A stretch of 64,000 bases of DNA, taken from positions 33,604,001 through 33,668,000 of the forward strand of contig OX597837.1 of the NCBI GenBank assembly GCA_951406725.2, read 5' to 3'. The DNA comes from Octopus vulgaris (Eukaryota). How positions within the stretch are numbered: the first letter of the stretch is position 1; every line of letters starts with the position of its first letter. The translations under genes and the position numbers were made by a program. Of this stretch, positions 12,909-25,120 are shown piece after piece. Below the pieces are notes generated by a model. That model saw only the letters and a list, made by a program, of their open reading frames with translations. It had not been told where the DNA came from and made no database searches.

Positions 12909-13023
12909 TGTACATTATTTACATTTGACAGATATTTGTCCTCATCTTCTTTGTTGTTAACACGAAATATCCATCAAATGTAAATAATGTACATAATTCC
13001 TCATCTCTTAAATATAGAACTGT
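12909..13023. mobile_element. Inverted-arm remnant, Penelope-like pLTR-end architecture
   Basis: 12909-12937 is the reverse complement of 12965-12993 (2 mismatches); another copy at 32363-32828. Confidence 0.55.
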
Positions 13024-13492
13024 GTAATAATAATGGCTTCAAAATTTGGCACAGGGCCAATAGTTTTTGAGGGGAATGGGGTGAGCCGATTACATCAACC
13101 CCAGTGCTTGACTAGTACTTAATTTTATCGACCTTGATAGAACGAAAGGCAAAGTTGAACCTGGTGGAACTTGAACTCAGAATGTCAAGACTCACAGACA
13201 CAGCACTGCTAAGCATTTTGCACGATACATTAACAATTCTGCCAGCTTGCCTTTTTATAATGATAATATCATGCACCTGCATACACACGAACAAGGACAA
13301 TGTTTACTATATATACTGATGTACAGAGGTGTAGACTACTGATATAGCGTAATTTATATATACACGTGCATTTATATATTGTCCATTTTCCATGCTGGCA
13401 TGGGTTTTATGGCCCACATATCTCTATATACACGCACATACACACGCATATGATATTACAATATATGGTGATATACAATGATGTTCAGAGCA

Positions 13493-13534
<42 letters not shown>

Positions 13535-13758
13535 TATATAGATATATAGGGGTGTAGGCATGGCTATGTGGTAAGAAGCTTGCTTCTCAACCATATGGTT
13601 CTGGGTTTAGTCAAATGCCTTCAACTATAGCCTCAGGCTAACCAAAGCCTTGTCAGGGGATTTGGTAGACGGAAACTGTGAGAAGCCTGTTCAGTATTTG
13701 TGTATGTGTGTTGTTTTCCGCCTGCCTTCGTCTTTTGTCTATTTTCATAAAGCTTCCC

Positions 13759-13759
<1 letters not shown>

Positions 13760-13806
<47 letters not shown>

Positions 13807-14145
13807 ATATATATATATACACACACATACATAAATATATATATGTATATATATATACATTATATATATATATATACATATATATACATTATATATGTAT
13901 ATTTATATATACATTATATATATATATATATATGTATATTTATATATACATATATATACATTATATATATATATGTATATTTATATATACATATATATAC
14001 ATTATATATATATATATGTATATTTATATATATATATATATATGTATATTTATATATACATATATATACATTATATATATATATATGTATATTTATATAT
14101 ACATATATATATATATATATATTTATATATACATATATATATATA
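13760..14145. repeat. (TA)n-based compound micro/minisatellite
   Basis: Visible directly. Confidence 0.95.
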
Positions 14146-14312
14146 CTTTATTTAAAAGAGTTTCATGTTCCCGTTCATCGGACAGTTTTGTTAAAACTCC
14201 GAGTAACAGGTTTTGTTGAATTTCTGCTGCTTTAAATAAAGCATATTACTCTACCACTGGTATTTGAGTACTCTTTTTTCCACCTTGTTTCACATTTATA
14301 TGTTTACTCCAG
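14146..14312. mobile_element. Penelope-like pLTR remnant in inverted arrangement, carrying a split hammerhead ribozyme motif
   Basis: Left arm read on minus: aacaaaactgt-ccgatga-acg-ggaa-cat-gaaa-ctc...tttaaataaagtat; right arm on plus: aaactccgagtaacaggttttgtt...tttaaataaagcat; embedded in (TA)n. Confidence 0.65.
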
Positions 14313-14568
14313 TATATATATATATATATATATATATATAGGTAGATATAGATATCTCGAAGTATATGTAAGGTATACTTGTTGACTGTTTGTACTATTT
14401 TTGATGGTACTGCAGTTGTTACTGCTAGTACTACTACTACGAATATATTCACTGTACACCTGTTCTCATATAAATAAATAAATATATCTATATATAAACA
14501 CACACACACTATTGCTGTTAGTGAAACTCATGTTATTCCTTCTGTTACTACACAAATCTATCTATCTA

Positions 14569-14960
14569 TCTATATCTTTATATATAAAAGTGAAGTTGTG
14601 TGTCTGTCTCCTACGATTTAGATTCCTAACTACTCTCACATTTTGCGGTACAGTTTAACCAAAAGCGGGTATCTTATAGTCGTGATTCATATCGAGCCCT
14701 TCTGGGTATTAGTGCGCGTCTACGATTTAAAAAAAAATTTACCATAATTTTTTTCCATTTTAATGCATTTTTTCGCTATTATATAAGGGAAGTAACTTTC
14801 TAAAAATGTCTACGATGAGTCAACGATTTATAAAAAAATTTACCATAATTTTTTTTCACTTTTAATGCATTTTTTTGCTATTTTTTGGCTATAACTCTCT
14901 AAAAATGCTTATATAGTTATTTCCCTTGCAAATCCGAGCAACGCCGGGCGATACTGCTAG
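14569..14960 (+). mobile_element. Non-autonomous Helitron, second 5' type, with internal ~90-bp tandem duplication
   Basis: TC start, ends ccgagcaacgccgggcgatactgCTAG before T; last ~130 bp match 3150-3279. Confidence 0.8.
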
Positions 14961-15239
14961 TAGATATATATATATATTCATATATACATACATACACATG
15001 CACAGTTACTATTGGTGCTGTTTCTGTTACACACACACCACTCTTACTATTACTGTTAGTAATGCTGTTATTACTGTTGGTGCTACTACCACCACTACCC
15101 TACCACCACCAACAACAACAACAACAACAATTCTGCTATTATTACACAATGGTATCATTATTCCATCTACCTTCAAACAACAACCATCTGCAACCTTTTG
15201 TAATGATGGCAGTGGAGCCGTTGTGCCGATAGTAATAAT

Positions 15240-15948
15240 CTTTTCTGTCATAGGCACATAGCCTGAAATTTTGAGAGAGGGGACTACTCGATTATACTGA
15301 CCCCCAGTGTTTCACTGGTACTCAATTTATCGACTGCGAAAGGATGAAAGGCAAAGGTGACCCCAGCAGAATTTGAACTCAGAATGTAATGACAGGCGAA
15401 ATACTGATAAGCATTTTGCCTGGCATGCTAACGACTCTGCCAGTTCGCCACCTTGTTAAGCATTTTGCCTGGCATGCTAACGACTCTGCCAGTTCGCCAC
15501 CTTAATGATGATAATTATAATTATTATTTCAAATTTTTGCCATAAGGGCAGCTTATGGGGATTTGTTGATTATATTGACCCCCCAGTGTTCAGCTGGTAC
15601 TTCTTTTATTGACCCCGAAAGGATGAAAGGCAAAGTTGACCTCAGCAGAATTTGAACTCAGAACATTGTGTTGGGTGAAATACCGCTAAGCATTTTGTCC
15701 AGCTTGCTACCTTAATATTAATAATAATAAAAATGGTTTCAAATTTTGGCACAAGTCCAGCAATTTTGTCGGACAAGATAAGTCGATTACATCGACCCCA
15801 GTGCTCAACTGGTACTTATTTTATTGACCTGGAAAGAATGGAAGGCAGAGTAGACCTTGGTGGGATTTGAACTCAGAACATGAAGTTGAATAAAATTTCA
15901 CTAAGTATTTTGCCCAGCATACAAACAATTCTGCCAGCACACTGCCTT
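15240..15948 (-). mobile_element. Three tandem SINE family B copies
   Basis: Repeated gaaaggatgaaaggcaaag...gaatttgaactcagaa; 48-bp local duplication at about 15408-15503. Confidence 0.85.
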
Positions 15949-15950
15949 AA

Positions 15951-16160
15951 CCCTTTTGTTACCGTATTTATTTTGAGATGCTCTGCGTTTCTTTCAATAT
16001 AACAAAGAATTTAGTAAAATAACTCGGTTATCATTCAGCTGGTGTTAGGAACATAAATTGTGACTAAGGTTTGGTGGAAAATTTTAATTCAAAACTTTTA
16101 TAAACAAGTCATTTGTACTCAGAGCCAGAGGGAGTTTCAGCCGGGTTGGTAACGAAAGGG
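15951..16160. mobile_element. piggyBac-type MITE
   Basis: TTAA on both sides; TIRs cccttttgttacc / ggtaacgaaaggg. Confidence 0.88.
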
Positions 16161-16288
16161 TTAAGGGAAGCTATTTAAGAAAGCAAGAAAGAATGGTTTT
16201 ATTGCTGTTGAGGTCATCTTCAACTTTCATATCTTCAACATCAATACTAATGGGACCTGTGGAAATTCCACAGAACGAAAAAGATTAA

Positions 16289-16508
16289 CCCTCTTGTTAC
16301 CATATTTCTGTTGAGATGCTCTGTGTTTCTTTTAATTAATTTTAAATATAACAAAGAATTTAGTTAAATAACTTGGTTATCATTCAGCTAGTGTTAGGAA
16401 CATAAATTGTGACTAAGGTTTGGTGGAAAATTTTAATTCAAAACTTATGGAGACAAGACATTTGTACCACAGCCAGAGGCGGTTTCAGTCAGGTTGGTAT
16501 CAAAAGGG
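16289..16508. mobile_element. piggyBac-type MITE, second copy
   Basis: TTAA-ccctcttgttacc...ggtatcaaaaggg-TTAA; body closely matches 15951-16160. Confidence 0.88.
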
Positions 16509-17000
16509 TTAATAGTAATGATATTAATAAATTTTAGCACAAGGCTAGCAATTTTGAGGGGAGAAGGTAAGCATATGCCACTGATTCCAGTACTTGACTG
16601 GTACTTTATCAACCCTTAAGCGATAGAAGGCAAAGTTACCTTCAGCAGGATAATGTCTTCTGATGAAAATACAAAGTCAGCAATTTCAAGAAGAGGAGAA
16701 TTAATCTGTACCATCAACCCTAAGAATCCAACTGGGGTTTTATAGAAGCAAAGTCAACTTCAGTAGGATTTGAACTCAGAACGTAAATGGTCTAACTGAA
16801 TATTTTGTCCAATGGTTTAGGAAAATATGAAGGGCAACCTGCCCACTGAAACCCTTTTCTTCTCTATGAAATATGGTGGATGAAGGGAGTAGCCAAGGTT
16901 AAAAAGGTTGTGTGTGGATTTGAGGGAGATTATTGATTGAAAGGTATCAGCTGACACTTATACGAGTTTTATATAAGAGAGATGAATGTGATAATATAGA

Positions 17001-17371
17001 TGGAAGCACTCTGTCGGTTACGACGACGAGGGTTCCGGTTGGTCCGAATCAACGGAACAGCCTGCTCGTGAAATTAACGTGTAAGTGGCTGAGCACTCCA
17101 CAGACACATGTACCCTTAACGTAGTTCTCTGGGATATTCAGCGTGACACAGAGAGTGACAAGGCCGGCCCTTTGAAATACAGGTACAACAGAAACAGGAA
17201 GTAAGAGTGAGAGAAAGTTGTGGTGAAAGAGTACAGCAGGGATCACCACCATCCCCTACCGGAGCCTCGTGGAGCTTTTAGGTGTTTTCGCTGAATAAAC
17301 ACTCACAACGCCCGGTCTGGGAATCGAAACCGCGAGTCCGCTGCCCTAACCACTGGGCCATTGCGCCTCCA
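17001..17371 (-). mobile_element. tRNA-derived SINE family C, full length
   Basis: Minus-strand head ggaggcgcaatggcccagtggttagggcagcggactcgc...ggtttcgattccc; TSD gataatataga at 16990-17000 and 17373-17383. Confidence 0.92.
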
Positions 17372-17684
17372 CGATAATATAGAAACATATATTGGAAAGG
17401 AAGATAAATGATGGATATTAACCCTTTTGATGCCATTCCACATGTTCTAAGAAACTTTTAGTTTTAAACTGATCCAAATTAAACCCTTCCATCGGAATTG
17501 CATGCTAATTTATGTTCCTATTACCAGTTGAATAATGGCAGTTATTTTACTAAATTCTTCATTATTTTCAAAATTGAAACAAAAGACAATATAGATAAGG
17601 AAAGAATTTTATTCTCAAATGCAGGATAATGCTGATAATATAGCACGAACAGAATAAACTATCCATGATGTGTAATCACAGGGA

Positions 17685-18052
17685 TCATCATCATCGTTTA
17701 ACGTCCGTTTTCCATGCTAGCATGGGTTGGACGGTTCAACTGGGGTCTGGGAAGCCAGAAGGCTGCACCAGGCTCCAGTCTGATCTGGCAGTGTTTCTAC
17801 AGCTGGATGCCCTTCCTAACGCCAACCACTCTGTGAGTGTAGTGGGTGCTTTTTATGTGCCACCGACAGAGGTGCCAGACGAGGCTGGCGAACGGCCATG
17901 CTCGGATGGTGCTTTTTACATGCCACTGGCACGGAGGCCACTGGCACGGAGGCCAGGCGAGGCTGGCACGGCCACAATTGGATGGTGTTTGTTACGTGCC
18001 ACCAGCATGGAGGCCAGGCGATGCGGTGCTGGCTACGGCCACGTTCGGGATG
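17685..18052 (-). mobile_element. Family D (RTE-like 3' end)
   Basis: (cat)n-cgtttaacgtccg tail and ~60-bp subrepeats gtgctttttacgtgccac. Confidence 0.82.
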
Positions 18053-18118
18053 TGAGTTCAAATCTCATGGCTGGCCACCGACAGATTTTTCTACAAAATA
18101 TGGATAGTTTATCCTGTT

Positions 18119-18560
18119 CATCATCATCATCGTTTAATGTCCATTTTCCATGCTGGCATGGGTTGGACAATTTGACTGGGGTCTTGGAAGCCAGGAGGCT
18201 GCATCAGGCTCCAGTCTGATCTGGCAGTGTTTCTACAGCTGGATACACTTCCTAATACCAACCACTCCATGAGTGTAGTGGGTGCTTTTTACGTGCCACT
18301 GACACAGGGGCCAGAGGAGGCTGGCAATGATCACAATCGGTTGGTGCCAGTCAAGATAGCACTGGCATCGGCCATGTTCGGATGGTGCTTTTTACGTGTC
18401 ACCAGTACAGGGATCACAACCACAATTTCCACTTGATTTTGATGTACTTGACTCAGTAGGTCTCCTCAAGCACAGCATGTCACCCTACGATCCAAGGTAC
18501 TTTTTGAGTGGGCTGGGGCTGGTTATGTGACACTGGTGTAGGTTTCAGCTGTGAACTCAC
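18119..18560 (-). mobile_element. Family D, longer copy
   Basis: Same 3' end as 17685-18052, extends further 5'. Confidence 0.78.
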
Positions 18561-19429
18561 TATATTATTAGCATTATCCTGTGTTTGAGAATAAAATTAT
18601 TTCCTTATCATTTAGTACATCTCAATACTTCTAAAGCAAACTTTGTTTGTTGACTTTCAATGAAAGTTGAATTTAACGTATGATAGTGTCTTATAAAGAC
18701 AATATATTTCGACAGAAATATGGCAAAAGAAAGGGTTAATGCAAGCCACACAACTTCATTCCCTGTTTGCTGTGGTTGACCCTTAATACAGATAGATTCC
18801 ACAATGAACTCTTGACACACCTTTTAAGCTTGATTAGAATGGAAGACAGGTATTGAATTGGCAAAACTGTTTAAATGTTTGGCGATATGCTTTTACATTC
18901 AGAGTTCAGATCCTGTGGAAACCAGCTTAAAACCGAAAATAATTCAGCACCAACCAAAATAATAGTCCTCTCTCCAGTTGTCAGGTCATTGACATTTTAC
19001 AATGACGAGTAGTTTCGTCATTCATTTGGGAATCTTCAGACTGAAACTTTGAAGCGTAGAAGTGTTGTTTATTACCTTAGAGAAATGTGTTGTTGTATGA
19101 AGCTTCTTTTAATAACAATAGTCAGAAGAGGTCAAGATTTGACTCTCTCTGTGTTTGTGTGTCTACGTAAATGTGGATGTGCACAGAAAGTCATCCATAA
19201 TAGATGTTTGTAGCGAGAACCGCAGAACTGTGTCATCTGCGATGGCAGCATGTGTCATAAGTCGTTCATTAGTAATTGATGAATGTACTGGGTTTTAGCT
19301 GACCATGGCATCAACAGTCATGTCTGTTTATAGCAGCTGTACCAGACTGACGCCAGCCACATTGGCTCAGCCATAAATCTCCAAAATCAAAGGGAAAAGT
19401 TGACTCCAAGAAGAGTAATTATCTTTCCT

Positions 19430-20020
19430 GTTCTTCTCTCTCTCTCACTCTTTCACCCACTTACTCACTCTTACTCTCTCTCTCTGTCCCCTCTCTTATT
19501 CTTTCTTTTACACCTCTCTCTGTCTCTCACCCTCCCTCTTATCCTCGTGCTCTTTCTCTCTTATCCTCTCCCCCTGCTCTCTTATCTTCTCCCTCCCTCT
19601 CTCTTATCTTCTCCCCTCTCTCTCTCTCCTATCCCCTCTCTCTCTCTCCTATCCCCTCTCTCTCTCTCCTATCCCCTCTCTCTCTCCTATCCTCTCTCTC
19701 CTCTCTCTCCCCTATCCTCTCTCTCTCTCCCCTATCCTCTCTCTCCTCTATCCTCTCTCTCTCCCCCCATCCTCTCTCTCTCCTCATCCTCTCTCTCTTC
19801 CCTATCCTCTCTCTCTCCTATCATCTCCCTCCCTCTCTTATCCTCTCCCTCTCTCTCATCCTCTTCCTCCCTCTTATCTTCTTCCTCCCATTCTCTCCTC
19901 TCCTCCCACTTTCACTTTCCTTCTGCCTTCTCTCTTATTCTTCCTCTCCCCTCACCACCTCCCTTACTCCCCCACCTCTCTTGCTACCTCCACCCCCCCT
20001 GCCTTACCCCCCACCCCCAA
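19430..20020. repeat. Polypyrimidine (CT)-rich tract with tctctctcctatcccc minisatellite
   Basis: Visible directly. Confidence 0.9.
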
Positions 20021-20499
20021 GCACTATCTTTCCCTGACCTGGCTCTTGTGTTTGGCCCAAAACATTACCAAGACTCTCTCCCCCCTCCTCGCCAAACTAA
20101 TTCATTCCATTTTTGTGAACCTTTCATGAAACTAAAAGACTGGTTTGGTTTAGTTGGGTGTTTATTTATTCAGAGGAACTTATTGGTGAAGCTGTGATTC
20201 CAGTGAGGAATAGGGGGAGGAGACACGACTGACTCATTCGTCACTCGCAATGAGTTTGTTAAATGAATTATTAATCCCGGTATTATTTTAATCCAAAGTC
20301 ATGATTGAGCGACTTTATTGTTAAAGATCTCAATAACTTGAACAGCCATTGTTTTTTTTATTTCATGGTGGTGCTCCAGCATGACCACAGCCGCATGGCT
20401 GAAACTAGTAAAAGAGTGTACCTAGGACTGCATCAAACAATGTGTCCTTTCTCTTATAAGAAAGAAGGGTGTTATTTGAGGTTAGCAATTTTTAGTTAC

Positions 20500-20686
20500 A
20501 TGTGCCGTTGGCACGTAAAAAGCACCCACTACACTCACGGAGTGGTTGGCGTTAGGAAGGGCATCCAGCTGTAGAAACACTGCCAGATCAGACTGGAGCC
20601 TGGTGCAGCCTTCTGGCTTCGCAGACCCCAGTTGAACTGTCCAACCCATACCAGCATGGAAAGCGGACGTTAAATGATGATGATGA
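20500..20686 (+). mobile_element. Family D, 5'-truncated
   Basis: ggcacgtaaaaagcaccc...ggacgttaaat(gat)n. Confidence 0.82.
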
Positions 20687-20839
20687 TTTCTGTTTTGAAT
20701 TCAAATCCTGCTTGTGCTGACGTCATCCTTTCATCTTCCTGGGGGTCAATGAAAGGACTATCAATCACGTGGTAGAGACCCTTTCATTTGACCGTGCCAT
20801 TCTGCAAACTTTGTCACCTTGTTTCCTCCTCAGAAACTA

Positions 20840-21204
20840 TTATTACCCCTGCCTTAGCGAAGGCAGAGGTATTGTTTTCAATGGCGTTTGTTTATTTGTC
20901 AATGAACAAGAAGATATCTCAAGAACTGTTGGATGGATTCAGATAAAACTTTCAGGGATGTTTAGCCTTGTGACTGGCACAAACTGATTAGATTTTGGGA
21001 TCAATCCAGTACCGGACAAGGATTCTGGATTATTTTTCCTGTTTTTTTACTTAAGAGTGGTCAGGTTCATTTCTAGTATTCTCATTTGTGAGAGCAGTCG
21101 AGTTTATTTCAGATAGTCTCATTTTAAAAATCACCCCTGGATAATTGTTGAGAGGACGTTGGTGTTGTCTTGGTGGAGGTTTGCGCTCTCTAAGTGCTCT
21201 TGTT
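20840..21204 (+). mobile_element. Helentron-associated (HINE/DINE-like) non-autonomous element
   Basis: 5' acccctgcctt-agcg-aaggcagaggt inverted repeat, 3' subterminal inverted copy cttggtggaggt, then hairpin gcgctctctaagtgc; T-rich ends, no TSD. Confidence 0.7.
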
Positions 21205-21229
21205 GTTATCATTATTATTATTATTATTA

Positions 21230-21650
21230 AGGTGAGCTGGCAGAGACGTTAGCACACCTGGTGAAATGCTTAGCGTTATTTCGTCTGTCTTTACATTCTG
21301 AGTTCAAATTCCGCCGAGTTCAATTTTGCCTTTCATCCTTTTGGGGTCGATAAATTAAATACAAGTTGTGTACTGGGGTCAATCTAATCGACTGGCCCCT
21401 TCCCCAAAATTTTCGGACCTTGTGCCTAGAGTAGGAAAGATTATTATTAAGCCGAGTTAGCAAAATTTTTAGCACACTGGGCAAAATGCTTAGTGGCGTT
21501 TCATTTGTCTTTACATTCCGAGGTCAACTTTGCCTTGTATCCTTTCGGGGTCGATAAATTAAGTACCAGTGGAACACTGGGGTCAATGTAATTGACTTAC
21601 TCTGGCCCCCCCGAAACTGCTGGCCTTGTGCCTTTAGAAGAAAGGATTAT
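21230..21650 (+). mobile_element. Two SINE family B copies with (ATT)n tails
   Basis: Family B head and Meta-like domain twice. Confidence 0.85.
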
Positions 21651-21945
21651 TATTATTATTATTATTATTCTCCTTTTGACTCTTCTTACCTTTGGGAATG
21701 CAGGGGTCCCTGTCCACTGGACCATTTGGTACCAGGCCATACAGAATAAATTTTAAAATTTTGCATTATGTATTCTACATGTAATATCACCATTTACTGT
21801 CTGTCATCCATGCTGGCATGGGTTGGGTGGTTTGACAGGAGCTGGCAAGGCCAGCAGGCCACACTAGGCTCTACTTGTCTGTTTTGGCAAGCTCTCTTCA
21901 ACTGGATGCCCTTCCTAATGCCAACCGCTTCATAGAGTTTACTAT

Positions 21946-22635
21946 GTGATTTTTACATGACACTGGCCAGTGCTTTTTACCTGGTGCCAGCACCAGTGCC
22001 TTTTATGTGGCACCAGGACCAGTGCTTTTTATACGGCACCAGTGCTTTTTACACAGCACCAGTGCTTTTTTCATGGCACCAGTGCCTTTTACGTGGCACC
22101 AGCACCAGTGCCTTTTACATGGCACCAGCACCAGTGCCTTTTACGTGGCACCAGCACCAGTGCCTTTTATGTGGCACCAGGACCAGTGCTTTTTATACGG
22201 CACCAGTGCTTTTTATACGGCACCAGTGCTTTTTACACAGCACCAGTGCTTTTTTCATGGCACCAGTGCCTTTTACGTGGCACCAGCACCAGTGCTTTTT
22301 ACACGGCACCAGTGCTTTTTACACAGCACCAGTGCCTGTTACGTGGCACCAGCACCAGTGCCTTTTACATGGAACCAGCACCAGTGCCTTTTATATGGAA
22401 CCAGCACCAGTGCCTTTTACGTGGCACCAGCACCAGTGCCTTTTACGTGGCACCAGCACCAGTGCCTTTTACGTGGCACCAGCACCAGTGCTTTTTACAC
22501 AGCACCAGCACCTTTTACATGGAACCAGCACCAGTGCCTTTTACGTGGCACCAGCACCAGTGCCTTTTACGTGGCACCAGCACCAGTGCTTTTTACATGG
22601 CACCAGCACCAGTGCTTTCTATGTGGCACCAGCAC
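21946..22635. repeat. Minisatellite of 26-bp and 20-bp units (gcaccagcaccagtgccttttacgtg)
   Basis: Visible directly; continuous with a family D variant at 21800-21960. Confidence 0.93.
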
Positions 22636-22872
22636 TGACAGTCTCACCAAGCAAAACCATTATCGCTGTTTAATGAATTTTTCTTCTCCTGTCACAGCTT
22701 ATTTATTAATAGCACAAAATTTGTTGTTTCTACAGCAATTTATTCAGGTCTGCACTCCAGGTTGTTAATGGTGGTGTTTTTAAAATGTTCAACCATAGTA
22801 TAGACTTGATCCAGTGAACTTATGAGCAAAGGGTGTTTCATCCATGACCATTCCATCCTAATGTATCGAAGA

Positions 22873-23256
22873 GGAAGCACTCCGTTGGTTACGACGATGA
22901 GGGTTCCGGTTGATCCGAATCAACGGAACAGCCTGCTCGTGAAATTAACGTGTAAGTGGCTGAGCACTCCACAGACACGTGTACCCTTAACGTAGTTCTC
23001 GGGGATATTCAGCGTGACACAGAGAGTGACAAGGCCGGCCCTTTGAAATACAGGTACAACAGAAACAGGAAGTTAGAGAGAGAGAGAGTTGTGGTGAAAG
23101 AGTACAGCAGGGATCACCACCATCCCCTGCCGGAGCGTCGTGGAACTTTTAGGTGTTTTCGCTCAATAAACACTCACAACGCCCGGTCTGGGAATCGAAA
23201 CCGCGATCCTATGACCGCGAGTCCGCTGCCCTAACCACTGGGCCATTGCGCCTCCA
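22873..23256 (-). mobile_element. SINE family C, full length
   Basis: TSD aatgtatcgaa at 22860-22870 and 23257-23267. Confidence 0.92.
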
Positions 23257-24198
23257 AATGTATCGAAAACTACATTTTGCAATGTAATCTGATAGAGAAA
23301 TGGTTGTTTTTGATTGTCCCCAAGACAGTTCTAATTGAGCAGATTCATATTCATAAGTATTCCAGCCTTGCCCATCCCAAGTCTTTTTGTGTCTAGGACT
23401 ATGTAGTTCAATGTGTCCTTGCTGGTTTCAGATGACTGGGTGTGATTTGAAGAAATTTCATTGCTATTTCTAGCAGATGGAATGATGAACAGCCATGTAT
23501 AAACTTCCTCTTCACCTGTTGATGTCATTGCTTTTATTTAGCCCTAGGCTGGCATGCGCTCGTTAGACTTATGACGGTCGTCCCCTATTTATTTTCAGAC
23601 AATCTTTATCTCGGTACATTACATAATGTGCCCTTCATTAAAAAAACCAAAAAAAAAAAAGTAGGAGGGGTGGTTGCCTGTTGTTTCTGGCAGATCGAGT
23701 AACCACATCGAGGCTCCCTCATTATCTCAGTGTTCGTTTATCTTTGGACTTAGTAGGAGTTGCCAAGAAATGGAGGTTGGAGTCGGGAAGAGGTGGGGGT
23801 GGTGGCTGATGAGGATTTGGGGCGAGGGCGGTAGGGGGGCAGGCAAGGGAGAACAAGACTGTTACACACACACACACACACGCACGCTGCTTTTATTTTA
23901 TATTCTGTTCTTCCCTTTTGTTTTCCTTTCGAAAATTCCTCCTACGGAGAGATTATTTTTGGAAATTTCAATAGTCTCGGCTCATCGTCTCATCTCGTCT
24001 CTTCTCTTCTCAGTATGTAAAACTGCCTCTTTTGCTACCCCCCACCCCCCACACACTGCTCCTCCTTCTTTTGTCGCTCTCTCTCTCTCTCTCTCTCTCT
24101 CTACCCTTCTTTCCATTCAGTCTCTGCGTCTCATCCTCTCAAACACTGTTGCTTCGCTCCTTTTCTATTTTTCACAGATGCTTTGCTAAGCTTCAGTC

Positions 24199-24292
24199 AA
24201 TAATAATAATAATAGTACTGATAATAATAATAGTAGTACTGATAATAATAATAATAATAATAATAGTACTGATAATAATAATAATAGTACTG

Positions 24293-24325
<33 letters not shown>

Positions 24326-24390
24326 GTACTGATAATAATAATAATAATAATAATAGTACTGATAATAATGATAATAATAATAATAATAAT
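24199..24390. repeat. (AAT)n punctuated by agtactgat
   Basis: Visible directly. Confidence 0.95.
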
Positions 24391-24867
24391 ACCATTACTA
24401 ATGATGGTAATGTTTAATAGAGATAATTAGCCAGGTCTGGTAGGGAGGTTTCTACAGCCAATGGTAAATTATAAGCTGTTTGTTTGTGTATAGGATCTTA
24501 ATAGAATTGGCTTCTCTCCTCCCCATCTCTCTCGCTTCAATACGACTCTTCAATCTGTTTCTCTCCTTCTTTATCTCTCCCCCTCTCTCTACCTATTTCT
24601 CTCTACTTCCTCTCTCTCTATCTATTCTCTTGTCGTTTTCTCTCTGTTTCTCTCTCCCGCTCTCTCTCTCTCTCTCTCTCTCCTCAACCTTGCCCCACCT
24701 CTATTTCTCCTTCTTCTCTCTCTCCCTCCCTCTCTCTTTCGTTTTTCTCCTCTCTTCTTCCTCAATTTTCCCCTTTCAGTATTTCTGTCTGTCTCTCTCT
24801 CTCTCTCTCTATTTTTAAGTAATGGTGAAACACACTCAAACAAACACATCTGTTTATCTTTGCATCC

Positions 24868-24898
<31 letters not shown>

Positions 24899-25007
24899 TC
24901 ATTTTAAGCATCTTAGAAAACTGCAATGTGTGTGTGTGTGTGCATGTGTGCGACAAGTAAAAAAAATGCAAAAAACGACTTTTCATTTAATATTTACCTA
25001 TTCAATT

Positions 25008-25045
<38 letters not shown>

Positions 25046-25081
25046 CATTGATATTTTGTTAGAAGTCATTATTATTATTAC

Positions 25082-25120
<39 letters not shown>

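Noticed and set aside
21957-22768. Three long overlapping repetitive ORFs
   Set aside because: Open in all three frames because the minisatellite unit lacks stop codons
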